NCBI GenBank assembly: GCA_017848115.1
Contig: JAGAKZ010000002.1
Span: 50,128-114,127 of the forward strand
DNA length: 64,000 bases
DNA from: Oscillospiraceae bacterium
GTDB taxonomy: Bacteria > Bacillota > Clostridia > Oscillospirales > Ruminococcaceae
Direction: 5' to 3'
The notes under the pieces are model-generated. The model worked only from the letters and a program-made list of their open reading frames with translations. It searched no databases and was not told where the DNA came from. Below are positions 12,617-23,516 of this stretch, one piece after another (the stretch's first letter is position 1; each line of letters begins with the position of its first letter). Both the position numbers and the translations under genes were made by a program.

Positions 12617-12645
12617 TTGACTATTTTCGATTATAATGTTAAAAT
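12617..12645 (+). promoter_or_regulatory. sigmaA promoter of pflB
   Basis: TTGACT-N17-TAAAAT with TGn extension. Confidence 0.65.
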
Positions 12646-12681
12646 GTATGTGGTAGATAAAATAATTCGGTTAAGTGCAAC

Positions 12682-12709
12682 AAAGATTGTTGCGAAAATA
12701 ACAATCTTT
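12682..12709. promoter_or_regulatory. palindromic operator in the pflB leader (Rex-like)
   Basis: AAAGATTGTT-N8-AACAATCTTT perfect inverted repeat; the core TTGTTGCGAAAATAACAA resembles the clostridial Rex box TTGTTAA-N4-TTAACAA. Confidence 0.45.
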
Positions 12710-12916
12710 TTACGTTTGTGATTAAAAGTTAAAAAATCAGCTAAAATATCATGAAGAATTATTTATCTTACTTTGAGGAAAATTTGATTGGATTGCTTGA
12801 AAAGTCTGTCCGTAAATGTTTTGAATAACGGATAGCAAAGGATTAAGGGTATTTTGGGAGGAAAGTTTTAATAAGAGTAGCCGCTTACGACTAGTAATTA
12901 TGGAGGTATTATTTTA

Positions 12917-15169
12917 ATGACTGATTACAAACAGTGGAATGGATTTAAGGGTACAAAATGGCGCGAGGAAATCGATACCCGTAGTTTTATCCAGGATAAC
13001 TATACGCCTTATGACGGTGACGAGAGTTTTCTTGCTGGTCCTACAGAAGCAACAGACAAGCTCTGGGGCAGACTTCAGGAATTGCAGAAAGAGGAACGTT
13101 CAAAGGGCGGCGTGCTCGATATGGATACACATATAGTATCCGGAATAACATCTCATGAACCTGGATATATAGATTCAGAACTTAAAAATCTTGAAAAAGT
13201 AGTCGGACTGCAGACAGACAAGCCACTTAAAAGAGCATTTATGCCTTATGGTGGAATAAAAATGGCAGAAGAAGCTTGTAAAACATATGGTTATACACCT
13301 GACCCAATGCTTCATAAAATATTTACAGAATATCACAAGACTCATAACCAGGGTGTTTTTGATGCCTACACACCTGAAATGCGTGCAGTCAGAAAAAATA
13401 AAATAGTTACAGGACTTCCTGATACATACGGCAGAGGCCGTATTGTAGGCGATTACAGAAGAATAGCTCTTTATGGTATTGACAGACTTGTAGAGAAAAA
13501 GCAGGAAGACCTTGATAACTGCGGTAACGGAAAGATGCGTGATGACGTTATACGTCAGCGTGAAGAGATCGCTATGCAGATAAGAGCTCTTAAAGAAATG
13601 AAAGAAATGGCATTGTCATATGGCTTTGATATTTCTGAACCTGCAACAAATGCAAAAGAGGCTTGCCAGTGGCTTTACTTCGGTTACCTTGCAGCTATAA
13701 AGACACAGAACGGCGCAGCAATGAGTGTTGGACGTGTTTCAACATTCCTTGATATTTATATCCAGCGTGATCTTGAAAACGGTACAATTACAGAAACAGA
13801 AGCTCAGGAACTTATTGACCATATGGTAATGAAGTTCCGTATGGTTAAGTTTGCACGTATTCCTTCATACAATGAGTTGTTCTCAGGAGATCCTGTATGG
13901 GCAACACTCAGCGTAGCAGGTAAGGGAATAGACGGACGCCATATGGTAACAAAAAATGATTTCCGTTTCCTTCATACACTTGAAAACATGGGACCATCAC
14001 CGGAGCCTAACCTGACAGTTCTTTATTCTAAAAATCTCCCTGACGGATTCAAGCGTTATGCTGCAGCTATTTCAGTGCGTACAAGTTCTATCCAGTATGA
14101 GAACGATGAAGTTATGAGACCTGTATGGGGCGATGACTATGCAATATGCTGTTGCGTTTCTGCTACTCAGACAGGTAAGGAAATGCAGTTCTTCGGTGCG
14201 AGAGCAAATCTTGCAAAGTGTCTCCTTTATGCAATAAACGGTGGTATTGACGCTAAGACAAGAGCACAGGTAGGCCCTAAGTTCGTTCCTATAACTTCAG
14301 AATATCTTGACTATGATGAGGTTATGCAGAAATACGACGCTATGATGAGCTGGCTTGCAAGTGTTTATGTTCATACACTCAACCTCATACACTATATGCA
14401 TGACAAATATAATTACGAAGCAGCTGAAATGGCGCTTATAGATACAGATGTAAGACGTACTTTTGCTACAGGTATTGCAGGATTTTCACACGTTGTTGAC
14501 TCACTCAGTGCGATAAAATATGCAAAAGTAAGAACTATACGTGATGAGAGCGGTATGGTAGTTGATTTTGAAACTACAGGTGATTTCCCACGTTACGGTA
14601 ATGATGATGACAGAGCTGATGAAATAGCTGTGTGGCTCCTCAAGACATTCCTTCACAAGATAAAGCAGTGCCACACATATCGTGACAGTGAGGCAACAAC
14701 ATCTATTCTTACTATCACTTCAAACGTTGTATACGGAAAAGCAACAGCTTCACTTCCTGACGGAAGAAAAGCAGGAGAACCTCTTGCACCTGGTGCAAAT
14801 CCATCTTACGGTGCAGAACAGAACGGCTTGCTTGCTTCACTTAACTCTGTTGCAAAACTTCCTTACGAATGGGCACTTGACGGTATTTCAAATACTCAGA
14901 CTATCAACCCGGACGCACTTGGCCACGACGAAAACGAACGGGTGACAAATCTCGTAAATGTACTTGATGGTTACTTTACAAAGGGTGCACACCACCTTAA
15001 CGTAAATGTATTTGGCAAGGAAAAACTTATAGACGCTATGGAACACCCTGAAAAAGAAGAGTATGCAAACTTTACTATTCGTGTATCAGGATATGCTGTA
15101 AAGTTTATAGACCTTAGCCGTGAACAGCAGCTTGACGTTATTGCAAGAACTTGTCATCACGAGATGTAA
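12917..15169 (+). CDS. pflB: pyruvate formate-lyase
   Basis: [23 protein letters not shown] active-site Cys pair, TIRVSGY glycyl-radical motif. Confidence 0.98.
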   Translation: MTDYKQWNGFKGTKWREEIDTRSFIQDNYTPYDGDESFLAGPTEATDKLWGRLQELQKEERSKGGVLDMDTHIVSGITSHEPGYIDSELKNLEKVVGLQTDKPLKRAFMPYGGIKMAEEACKTYGYTPDPMLHKIFTEYHKTHNQGVFDAYTPEMRAVRKNKIVTGLPDTYGRGRIVGDYRRIALYGIDRLVEKKQEDLDNCGNGKMRDDVIRQREEIAMQIRALKEMKEMALSYGFDISEPATNAKEACQWLYFGYLAAIKTQNGAAMSVGRVSTFLDIYIQRDLENGTITETEAQELIDHMVMKFRMVKFARIPSYNELFSGDPVWATLSVAGKGIDGRHMVTKNDFRFLHTLENMGPSPEPNLTVLYSKNLPDGFKRYAAAISVRTSSIQYENDEVMRPVWGDDYAICCCVSATQTGKEMQFFGARANLAKCLLYAINGGIDAKTRAQVGPKFVPITSEYLDYDEVMQKYDAMMSWLASVYVHTLNLIHYMHDKYNYEAAEMALIDTDVRRTFATGIAGFSHVVDSLSAIKYAKVRTIRDESGMVVDFETTGDFPRYGNDDDRADEIAVWLLKTFLHKIKQCHTYRDSEATTSILTITSNVVYGKATASLPDGRKAGEPLAPGANPSYGAEQNGLLASLNSVAKLPYEWALDGISNTQTINPDALGHDENERVTNLVNVLDGYFTKGAHHLNVNVFGKEKLIDAMEHPEKEEYANFTIRVSGYAVKFIDLSREQQLDVIARTCHHEM

Positions 15170-15514
15170 TAATTGATATATTTTGAATGAATTTATCTGA
15201 AAAGTTTCTGCTTGTTTTGAATATATAAAAAGCACTGTTTGTCATGAAAGAATTTTTGCGGTAATAGGAGAAAAAATAATCATGTTTATTTTTAGAGAAA
15301 TATATAGAAAACTTAGAGTTTTTAATTTATTTATCGGATTTGAACTTTTTTTATTCTATAAGAAAAAGCCAAATAAATTTACCAAATTTCTTTTATTGTT
15401 TTGGCGTTATTCAACGGTATTACTTCAGAAATATTAGTTTTGTGATAAAACAGCGATAAGGCAGAACTTTGTAAGGGTATAAAAAGTTTGTTTGAAAATT
15501 AAATTAATTCAATA

Positions 15515-15553
15515 AAAAAACACACTCAGATTTTTGGTTTGAGTGTGTTTTTT
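15515..15553. terminator. bidirectional terminator
   Basis: AAAAAACACACTCAGA...TTTGAGTGTGTTTTTT. Confidence 0.75.
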
Positions 15554-15560
15554 GAATTTA

Positions 15561-17171
15561 TCAGACTTCAAGAAGGAGTTGAACAAGTTTTACCATGTCA
15601 TCGGCGTCGATCTTGCTATCCTTGTTGAGATCGCCGTTTGGAACTTCTTCTGTACCAACAATGAGAAGTAGGTGCTTCTTAAGTTTCATAAGGTCTCTTG
15701 CATTTACAACTCCGTTGTTATCAACGTCACCGTAAACAGTTTCTGTTGTGATAGGCTTGTCGCCTAATGATACAAATTTCTTCTGATATTTTTCAGCATA
15801 GGCTTCAGCTGTTGAATTAGTATAACCGTAAATTGTTGCTGTATTAGAAATAGTGTTTTCACAATCAAATATTTCACATTCGGGGTTTGTTATTGTTATT
15901 GATGTTAAGCTTTTACAATCGTAAAATGCAGAAGTCTCGATACTTGTAATGCTATCTGGTAGTGTTATTGATGTTAAGCTTTCGCAATTGTAAAAAGCAT
16001 AATCACCAATGCTTGTAACACTATCAGGGATTGTTATTGAAGTTAGTTTTATACAATCTCCAAACATCCAATCACCAATACTTGTAACACCATTCGGGAT
16101 TATTACATCACCTTCACAGGTTGTTCCATCTATCAATATTTTATTTACAATTACAAGCGGATTATTTACTCTTTTTTCTTTAAGCCATGGTGTAGACTGA
16201 AATGCACCCATACTAATGTTTGTGACACTATCTGGTATTGTTATTGATGTTAAGCTAGAACAACTGTGAAACGCGTAAGAACCAATGTCTGAGACACTAT
16301 CTGGTATTGTTATTGAAGTTAAGCCAGAACAACCGCTAAATGTGCCAACACCAATGTCTGAGACACTATCTGGTATTGTTATTGAAGTTAAGCCAGAACA
16401 ATATGCAAATGCGCTATCACCAATGTCTGAGACACTATCTGGTATTGTTATTGAAGTTAAGCCAGAACAACTGTCAAACGCGAAAGAACCAATGTTTGTG
16501 ACACTATCTGGTATTGTTATTGAAGTTAAGCTGGAACAACCCCTAAATGCGCCAGAATCAATGTCTGTGACACTGTCTGGCATTGTTATTGATGTTAAGC
16601 TAGAACAACTGTGAAACGCGTTATAACCAATGTTTGTAACACCATCTGGTATTGTTATTGAAGTTAAGCTGGAACAACCCCTAAATGCGTAAGAATTAAT
16701 GTTTGAAACACTATCTGGTATTGTTATTGATGTTAAGCTAGAACAACCGTTAAATGCGTAAGAACCAATGTATGAGACACTATCTGGTATTGTTATTGAT
16801 GTTAAGCTAGAACAACTGTAAAACGCATCATAACCAATGTTTGTAACGCTATCCGGTATTGTTATTGATGTTAAGCCGGAACAATTACTGAATGCATCAA
16901 TGCCAATACTTGTTATACCTTTACCTATAATAACTTTCTTTACTTTTTCTTTAGGAAGTGTGCTATATTCGGATATTTCGCCACTTCCGCTTATTGTAAG
17001 CGTTCCTTCATCGTCAAGTTCCCAAGTAATGTTTTTGTATGTTCCAATTTTTTCGATAGCCGCCGATGCCGTGATAAAAGAACAGGAACGATAGTCTGCT
17101 TCTTTTGAAAATGAATCTGTACATATAAATGTACATGCAAGAATTGCTGCAATTATTTTTTGTGTTTTCAT
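15561..17171 (-). CDS. BspA-type (LRR_5) leucine-rich repeat protein with C-terminal dockerin
   Basis: Signal peptide; repeated CSSLTSITIPDSVTNIGxxAF 23-aa units; YGDVDNNGVVNARD...GDLNKDSKIDADD. Confidence 0.9.
   Translation of the reverse strand: MKTQKIIAAILACTFICTDSFSKEADYRSCSFITASAAIEKIGTYKNITWELDDEGTLTISGSGEISEYSTLPKEKVKKVIIGKGITSIGIDAFSNCSGLTSITIPDSVTNIGYDAFYSCSSLTSITIPDSVSYIGSYAFNGCSSLTSITIPDSVSNINSYAFRGCSSLTSITIPDGVTNIGYNAFHSCSSLTSITMPDSVTDIDSGAFRGCSSLTSITIPDSVTNIGSFAFDSCSGLTSITIPDSVSDIGDSAFAYCSGLTSITIPDSVSDIGVGTFSGCSGLTSITIPDSVSDIGSYAFHSCSSLTSITIPDSVTNISMGAFQSTPWLKEKRVNNPLVIVNKILIDGTTCEGDVIIPNGVTSIGDWMFGDCIKLTSITIPDSVTSIGDYAFYNCESLTSITLPDSITSIETSAFYDCKSLTSITITNPECEIFDCENTISNTATIYGYTNSTAEAYAEKYQKKFVSLGDKPITTETVYGDVDNNGVVNARDLMKLKKHLLLIVGTEEVPNGDLNKDSKIDADDMVKLVQLLLEV
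16200..16890 (-). repeat. ten near-identical 69-bp tandem repeats encoding LRR units
   Basis: ACACTATCTGGTATTGTTATTGA(A/T)GTTAAGC-type unit at 16225, 16294, 16363, 16432, 16501 ... 16846 (period 69). Confidence 0.9.
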
Positions 17172-17300
17172 AATTTATAATATTCCTTTACAAAATTTAA
17201 TCATAATAATCAAGTCTACAAAAAACAATGATGCTAAGATCAAGCACCCTTTATCTATACAAAGATTTGGTGTATACTAAAAAATCTCGAAAATATAAGA

Positions 17301-18521
17301 TCATTTAGTCCCATACGACCAACGAAGTCCCCAGTTGAACATTCTGTCCATTTCTCTGTGACCGTTGCAGAACTGTATCAGTTTTTCAATGCAGAAAGTA
17401 TCGTCATTTACGTTTTCAAGCAGTGCAATTACGCACATTTTCTGAAGTGAGCCGTATTCGTCCATTCTTACAACTACTTCCTGACTTCCCGGACATTTTA
17501 TTGTTACTACACCATCGGCTTCTTTCCAGTTTGCCGCACCTTCATAAATAAATGTGTAGACAAGTATTCGTTTTATTTCGGAGATGTGTCGTCCGTTTAT
17601 ACGTATATTTTCACCGCCTGCTACAGCACCTGTTCTGTCATCGCCGTCAAGCATTATGTAAGGTAATTGCGAATAACTTCCGAATGTTCTTCCGAGTGCC
17701 TGTATACAGCCTTTTGCACCGTTTTTAAGTTCAAAAAGACAGCCAAGATCGAGGTCTATGGAAGTGTTTCCGAAGAAGAAACTTTTTTTCTGACGCTGAT
17801 TCCAGTTTAGATTGATTATTACTTCACCAAGTTCAGAACCCTTTTTAGCAAGATTGATTTTCTGACCTTTTCTGAGTTCCACTTTTTTAGGAATGTTTTC
17901 AGCCGGTTTGGGTGTATCGGGAACTACAGGTTTGGGAGGAATAGGCTGCATCGTTCTTTGCTGATTTATAACGGGAGTCGGTGCAGGAGCAGGTGTATTT
18001 TTTTCGGAAATTTCTTCTCCGCCAAATGATTTTAGTAAATCGCTTAAACCGCCGTTGAAACCGCTTGCAACAAAGGCAATTCTCCATATATCCTTTTTAT
18101 AGATCTCTGCGCCGATTATTGCTTTTTCATTATAAAATTCACTTCCGGGCAGTGAGAATGACATTACAGTATTTCCGTTTTGAGAAAGATTTATATCAAA
18201 AGAATTTATCTGTCCCATATTTCCGTTGCCGTCTATATTTGCTGTAAATACAAGTTTGTTTATTGTTTGTGGCAATGAGTAAAGCGAAACTTTAAAATTT
18301 GCTCCGTTATTTATAGGAGTGTAGCTAATCTCATTACCGGGTGATGAATGCTGATTAAAGAAAACCATATATCTGTCATCAGAAAGCTTGTTGTTTTCAT
18401 CTACACCAAAACAACAAAAATCATAAACAGAACCGCCGGATATCTTTACCTCAACTGTTATGTCTTCGTTTGGGTTAAAATATTTTTCAATCTTATCCCT
18501 GAAACCACGCTGTATTACCAT
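17301..18521 (-). CDS. TerD-domain / TerA-like stress protein
   Basis: KLSDDRYMVFFNQ, GFNGGL, Pro-rich linker, DLDLGCLFEL, LDGDDRTG..GENIRING. Start set at ATG 18521 after RBS GGAGG. Confidence 0.85.
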   Translation of the reverse strand: MVIQRGFRDKIEKYFNPNEDITVEVKISGGSVYDFCCFGVDENNKLSDDRYMVFFNQHSSPGNEISYTPINNGANFKVSLYSLPQTINKLVFTANIDGNGNMGQINSFDINLSQNGNTVMSFSLPGSEFYNEKAIIGAEIYKKDIWRIAFVASGFNGGLSDLLKSFGGEEISEKNTPAPAPTPVINQQRTMQPIPPKPVVPDTPKPAENIPKKVELRKGQKINLAKKGSELGEVIINLNWNQRQKKSFFFGNTSIDLDLGCLFELKNGAKGCIQALGRTFGSYSQLPYIMLDGDDRTGAVAGGENIRINGRHISEIKRILVYTFIYEGAANWKEADGVVTIKCPGSQEVVVRMDEYGSLQKMCVIALLENVNDDTFCIEKLIQFCNGHREMDRMFNWGLRWSYGTK

Positions 18522-18686
18522 TATAAATGTCCTCCTGTTTTTCATTTTAGTCTATTATCCCTATATATGTATCGGCATGATTATATTAAAATTAAATATG
18601 TTTTTTAGAAAAATGTATATTGTATTGTAATGTTTTTTTCAATATGGTATCATTAAAGTATCATAATATGATTAGGGGGCTATAAT

Positions 18687-19970
18687 ATGAAAAAGAAAAT
18701 AATATTGACAGGAATTTTGGCGGGTATGTTTTTACAGCCGTCATTTGTGCAGGGGAATATAGCAGACGATGTATCTGCTGTAAGTGCGGTAAGCGGAGAC
18801 CTTGATTCGGACGGAGATTTTGATGTGGTGGATATCGTGATGATGACAGGATATCTTTTTGGTACTGAAAAAACACTTGATAAAGGACAGTGTGATTTTT
18901 CGGGGGACGGAATAGTTAATATCGCTGATTTGTGCTGTATGAAGGAGAAACTTATTTTGGCGACTACAGCAAACAGTATATATGTTACAGATATTGCGGA
19001 ACTGAAAGAAGCGCTTTCACAGGCGAAACCGGGAGATGATATAGTTCTTGCACCCGGAAAATATGTATACGAGGGTTCGACTCCAAAAGGGCGTTTGTTT
19101 GTCGGAGAAGCTGACGGCACTGAGGATAAGCCTATAACTTTAAGGTCGGAAAATCCGAATGATCCGGCTGTTTTGTCCGGGATAGAGGTAAGTAAAAATT
19201 ATGTCCTTACTATTCTCGGAGATCACTGGATTGTCAGGGATATAGTAGCTGAAAATGCAGGGAAAGGTATTATTGTTGATAATTCCTGCTATACTAAGAT
19301 AATTAACTGCGAAGTGCGCAATATCGGTCAGGAGGGAATACATCTGAGAGATGACAGTTCTTACTGTATTGTAGAATCCTGTTATGTGCATGATACAGGG
19401 CTTACCCACCCTTCATACGGCGAGGCGGTTTATGTCGGAAGTTCAAAATCCATTACAGGTTACGGTTTCAACTGCGATTACAACACTATACGCAACTGCC
19501 GTCTTGGACCGAATGTTACAGCTGAACACGTTGATGTCAAGGAGTACACAACAGGCACGATAATCGAAGGGTGCACTTTTGACGGAACAGGAATGAGCGG
19601 AGAAAATTATGCTGACAGTTTTGTAGATATGAAAGGAAACGACTGCATACTAAGAAACAACACAGGTTATCGTAACGGCTGTACAAATGTAAACCGTGCC
19701 TTTGAAATGAACCGTCTTGTAGAAGGCTGGGGACAGAACGCATATATCTATAATAATAAGGCATATATGGACACACCGATAAATTCGCAGGGTAAAAAAA
19801 TGTATTTTTTAAACTCCTGGAACTGTACGGAAACTGTATGGAACAATTATATAGCATATGAGGACGGAGAGCTGATTTCTGTGGATAACCCCGATGATAA
19901 GTGGGATTATTACAATTGCAACGGAATTACATACGGTGACAGTTCGATAGAAGAAACACTCGGCAGATAA
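18687..19970 (+). CDS. secreted dockerin + right-handed beta-helix protein (polysaccharide lyase-like)
   Basis: Signal peptide; GDLDSDGDFDVVD...DFSGDGIVNIAD dockerin; AKPGDDIVLAPGKY; repeated IxNCx beta-helix rungs. Confidence 0.75.
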   Translation: MKKKIILTGILAGMFLQPSFVQGNIADDVSAVSAVSGDLDSDGDFDVVDIVMMTGYLFGTEKTLDKGQCDFSGDGIVNIADLCCMKEKLILATTANSIYVTDIAELKEALSQAKPGDDIVLAPGKYVYEGSTPKGRLFVGEADGTEDKPITLRSENPNDPAVLSGIEVSKNYVLTILGDHWIVRDIVAENAGKGIIVDNSCYTKIINCEVRNIGQEGIHLRDDSSYCIVESCYVHDTGLTHPSYGEAVYVGSSKSITGYGFNCDYNTIRNCRLGPNVTAEHVDVKEYTTGTIIEGCTFDGTGMSGENYADSFVDMKGNDCILRNNTGYRNGCTNVNRAFEMNRLVEGWGQNAYIYNNKAYMDTPINSQGKKMYFLNSWNCTETVWNNYIAYEDGELISVDNPDDKWDYYNCNGITYGDSSIEETLGR

Positions 19971-20158
19971 CACACAAAACAAAATTTTATAATTAACTTT
20001 TGTGGAAAATGACAGAAAATTATATTAAAAAAATTATGTTTTAGTATAAATTAATTTTAGTATAAATACTTTTAAAATATTGACTTTTGTGGTATAATAA
20101 TAATAGGGAAAGTGTTTTTTTAAAATATTCAACTTATTAAAAGAAAAGAGTGATATTT

Positions 20159-21124
20159 ATGGCTGAAAAAATAATAAACGTTGACAACAGCGATCAGATT
20201 CAGGAGTTACTCGGAAACTGTGATTCAAACCTTAACACAATTCAGAAGAAGTATGGCGTAGTAATAATCAGCCGTGGAAACAACATCAAGATCATAGGAA
20301 ATGATGATAAAGTCAATGAGGCTGAACAGGCAATACGTGCATTGCTTGAATATGCCGGCAAAGGCGAAAACATAAATGAACAGGCAGTCCGTTATGTTAC
20401 AAATATGGTTGCAGACGGAGCAGAGCAGGAGTTAAAATCTCTTGTAGCCGACAGTATATGTCTTACTACTTCAGGAAAAGTTGTTCGCCCGAAAACCGTA
20501 GGTCAGCAGAAATATGTTGACGCTATCAAAAACAATACTATCGTCATAGGAATCGGACCTGCCGGTACAGGTAAGACTTATCTTGCAGTTGCTATGGCAG
20601 TAAGAGCGTTCAAGGCACATGAGATAACAAAGATAATCCTTACACGTCCTGCTGTTGAAGCCGGAGAAAGTCTCGGATTTTTACCGGGCGATCTTCAGGA
20701 AAAGGTAGACCCGTATCTCAGACCACTTTATGACGGATTGTTTGATATGCTTGGTGCTGAAAGCTTCCAGAAACACATGGAGAGAGGCACTATCGAAGTA
20801 GCACCTCTTGCGTACATGAGAGGAAGAACACTCGATGATGCATTTATAATCCTCGATGAAGCACAAAATACTACATCTGAACAGATTAAGATGTTCCTTA
20901 CTCGTCTCGGAAATAACAGTAAGATGGTTATAACAGGCGACGTAACACAGATAGACCTGCCATCAAGTAAAAAATCAGGTCTTGTTGAAGTAACCAAAGT
21001 CCTGAAAAATGTTGAAGATATCTCTATTCAGAGATTTTCTGACAAAGATGTTGTCAGACACAAACTTGTACAGGACATCATTAAAGCATATGAGAAATAT
21101 TTTGACGAAGGGAAGAAAAAATAA
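20159..21124 (+). CDS. phoH: PhoH-family ATPase
   Basis: GPAGTGKT, LGFLPGD, PLAYMRGRT, LDEAQN. Confidence 0.95.
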   Translation: MAEKIINVDNSDQIQELLGNCDSNLNTIQKKYGVVIISRGNNIKIIGNDDKVNEAEQAIRALLEYAGKGENINEQAVRYVTNMVADGAEQELKSLVADSICLTTSGKVVRPKTVGQQKYVDAIKNNTIVIGIGPAGTGKTYLAVAMAVRAFKAHEITKIILTRPAVEAGESLGFLPGDLQEKVDPYLRPLYDGLFDMLGAESFQKHMERGTIEVAPLAYMRGRTLDDAFIILDEAQNTTSEQIKMFLTRLGNNSKMVITGDVTQIDLPSSKKSGLVEVTKVLKNVEDISIQRFSDKDVVRHKLVQDIIKAYEKYFDEGKKK

Positions 21125-21127
21125 AAA

Positions 21128-21631
21128 ATGGCAAAGCTAAAGGTTTATATCAAAAATTCTCAGTCGGAGGTAAAGATTCCGGTAGGTATAAGATTACTTA
21201 TCAGACGTTGTTGTCAGGCTGTTCTTATTACTGAAAAGTTCAAGCATGATACAGAAGTAAGCGTATCTTTTATAAACAATAAAGAAATAAGAAATCTTAA
21301 CAGAATATACCGTAACAAAGACAAATCTACAGATGTTCTTTCATTTCCTCTTTGCGAAAACGGAAATTTTGATGAGAGTGAACAGGGCGTGGTTATGCTT
21401 GGTGATATAGTTATTTCACTTGAAACTGCTGTAAAGCAAGCTGAAAACTTCGGCCATTCACTGGAAAGAGAGATCGGTTTCCTTACAGTACATTCTATGC
21501 TTCATCTTCTTGGTTACGACCATGAAACAAGCACACTTGAAGCAAGAATAATGCGTGAAAAAGAAGAAGCTGTTCTTGAAAAACTCGGAATTTCCAGAGA
21601 TGCTACATTTATTTCAAAAGCTGCACAGTAA
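21128..21631 (+). CDS. ybeY: rRNA maturation RNase YbeY
   Basis: TDVLSFP, HSMLHLLGYDH. Confidence 0.95.
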   Translation: MAKLKVYIKNSQSEVKIPVGIRLLIRRCCQAVLITEKFKHDTEVSVSFINNKEIRNLNRIYRNKDKSTDVLSFPLCENGNFDESEQGVVMLGDIVISLETAVKQAENFGHSLEREIGFLTVHSMLHLLGYDHETSTLEARIMREKEEAVLEKLGISRDATFISKAAQ

Positions 21632-21645
21632 GAGAGGATTATTAA

Positions 21646-22539
21646 ATGACAAAAACAGTTTTTATTACAATAGCAGGAAAAACAAACGCAGGAAAATCAT
21701 CACTGCTTAATGCTCTTATCGGAGAAAAAATAGCATCTGTAAGCAGCAAGAGTCAGACAACACGTACCAAGATAACCGGTGTGGTAAATATGGACGATAC
21801 ACAGTTGATCTTCATAGACACTCCCGGACTTCACAAAGCTAAAAATAAGCTTAGTGAGTATATGTTAAAAGCAGTAAGAGAATCCTCGTCTGATATAGAT
21901 GCAGTTTTCTTTATGGCAGACTGTACAAAGCCGATAGGCGAGCAGGAAAAAGAAATGCTTCGTTCTGTAAGCAAATCAAGAACACCGCTTGTCATGCTGT
22001 TGAATAAAATAGATCTTCTTAAAGACAAATCAGTTCTTGCAAAAACAATTGCAGAGCTTAGTGCAGAGTTTAAATTTGATGATATAATACCTATAAGTGT
22101 ACTTAATAATGACGGGCTTGATATAGTTCGTGAAAAAGCACTTTCACTTGCTGTTGAAAGCCCTCATTTCTTTCCGGAAGATACTATCACAGACCAGCCG
22201 GAAAAAATCATTGCCGGTGAAATAATAAGAGAGAAGCTTCTTGAACTGCTCGATGACGAAGTACCTCATGGAATAGCTGTTGCAGTTGAAACTATGAGAG
22301 AACGTGAGGACAAGGATCTTCTTGATATTGATGCAACTATTTATTGTGAAAAGATGTCTCATAAAGGCATCGTAATCGGAAAGGGCGGACGTATGCTCAA
22401 GCGTGCGGCAACTCTTTCACGACAGGAACTTGAGGAGTTTTTCCAGATAAAAGTAAATCTGCAGTGCTGGGTAAAAGTAAAAGAGGACTGGCGAAACAGA
22501 GATGCAATAATCAGGACACTCGGACTTTCGGATAACTGA
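21646..22539 (+). CDS. era: GTPase Era
   Basis: GKTNAGKS, QTTR, DTPG, NKID, KH motif IVIGKGG. Confidence 0.96.
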   Translation: MTKTVFITIAGKTNAGKSSLLNALIGEKIASVSSKSQTTRTKITGVVNMDDTQLIFIDTPGLHKAKNKLSEYMLKAVRESSSDIDAVFFMADCTKPIGEQEKEMLRSVSKSRTPLVMLLNKIDLLKDKSVLAKTIAELSAEFKFDDIIPISVLNNDGLDIVREKALSLAVESPHFFPEDTITDQPEKIIAGEIIREKLLELLDDEVPHGIAVAVETMREREDKDLLDIDATIYCEKMSHKGIVIGKGGRMLKRAATLSRQELEEFFQIKVNLQCWVKVKEDWRNRDAIIRTLGLSDN

Positions 22540-22641
22540 TAACTTTTTTCCTTTAAATTATGTTAAAAATACCATAAATATCTTTGATTATATAGGATAT
22601 AATTTAATCAGACAGATATTTTTAATAAGAGGGTATTTTTT

Positions 22642-22767
22642 ATGAACAATGATTTATGGAATGAATTTGAAAAAAGCGGAAAAGTATCAGATTATTTAAG
22701 ATATAAAGGTTATTTTGGAAGTGGTAAAGATGACAATGACCATTTTAAAGGGAATTGTGATACGTGA
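22642..22767 (+). CDS. yqzL: YqzL-family small protein (41 aa, absent from the ORF track)
   Basis: MNNDLWNEFEKSGKVSDYLRYK... fits the W-xx-F-xx-(T/S)G-x-(I/V)-xx-YL pattern; canonical era-yqzL-recO position; RBS AGAGGG. Confidence 0.75.
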   Translation: MNNDLWNEFEKSGKVSDYLRYKGYFGSGKDDNDHFKGNCDT

Positions 22768-23482
22768 GCGTCAGTCTGGAGACAGTGATAAGTTTCTTGA
22801 TATATTAACAGATAAAAACGGTCTTATTGAGGTTATGGCAAAAGGGGTAAAACGTATTACCTGTACTTTTGCCGCTGCCTCACAGCTGTATGCCTATTCG
22901 CAGTTTTCATTAAGTTCTCGGCGTGGTCGTTATTATATTGACAGTGCCGAGCCGATAAAAATATTTTATCCTATAAGAGAAGACCTCGTGAAATTATCTC
23001 TTGTTTCATATTTTTCGGAAATAATTTCATACGCTTCGTTTCCGGACGACACAAGAAACGAAGATGTACTGAGATTGTTTCTTAATGTTCTTCATTATCT
23101 GTCAGAAGGCTCTCGTAGCAATGAACTTCTGAAAAGTATTTTTGAACTGCGCTTTGCCGCTGATACCGGACATATGCCCGATGTAGTCGGCTGTTCAGGG
23201 TGTGGAGTTTATTTAGCGCCCAAAATGTATTTTGCTATAAACAGCGGAAATATTTACTGCGAACAATGTTTTGGCGGTCAGGGACGAAATGATATTATTT
23301 GTATAGGTGAGTCTGTTCTTCATGCGGTAAGGCACATAGTGCTTTCTGATTTTGACAGGCTTTTTGCATTTAATTTATCGGGAGACAGTATGAAACTTTT
23401 GTCAGTGATATCTGAAAAATATCTTGCTTCGCATATAGGACGTACATTTAAGACACTTGATTTTTACAAAACTATTATCTGA
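22730..23482 (+). CDS. recO: DNA repair protein RecO
   Basis: GIVIRE..DKFLDILT..G.IEVMAKG; CxxC...CxxC zinc motif; follows era. Confidence 0.9.
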   Translation: MTMTILKGIVIRERQSGDSDKFLDILTDKNGLIEVMAKGVKRITCTFAAASQLYAYSQFSLSSRRGRYYIDSAEPIKIFYPIREDLVKLSLVSYFSEIISYASFPDDTRNEDVLRLFLNVLHYLSEGSRSNELLKSIFELRFAADTGHMPDVVGCSGCGVYLAPKMYFAINSGNIYCEQCFGGQGRNDIICIGESVLHAVRHIVLSDFDRLFAFNLSGDSMKLLSVISEKYLASHIGRTFKTLDFYKTII

Positions 23483-23516
23483 AAATAAATTTTTTTATAT
23501 AGAAAAGTGAGAAAAC

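Noticed and set aside
12650-12916. ZMP/ZTP (pfl) riboswitch upstream of pflB
   Set aside because: The hallmark GACUGGCG...GCCUGGGCA elements are not present.
15200-15470. MITE-like imperfect terminal inverted repeats after pflB
   Set aside because: The match (AAAGTTTCTGCTT vs AAGGCAGAACTTT) is short and gapped, with no target duplication or second copy.
16200-16890. CRISPR array or DGR target
   Set aside because: In-frame coding repeats with no unique spacers; no cas gene, reverse transcriptase or template repeat in the window.
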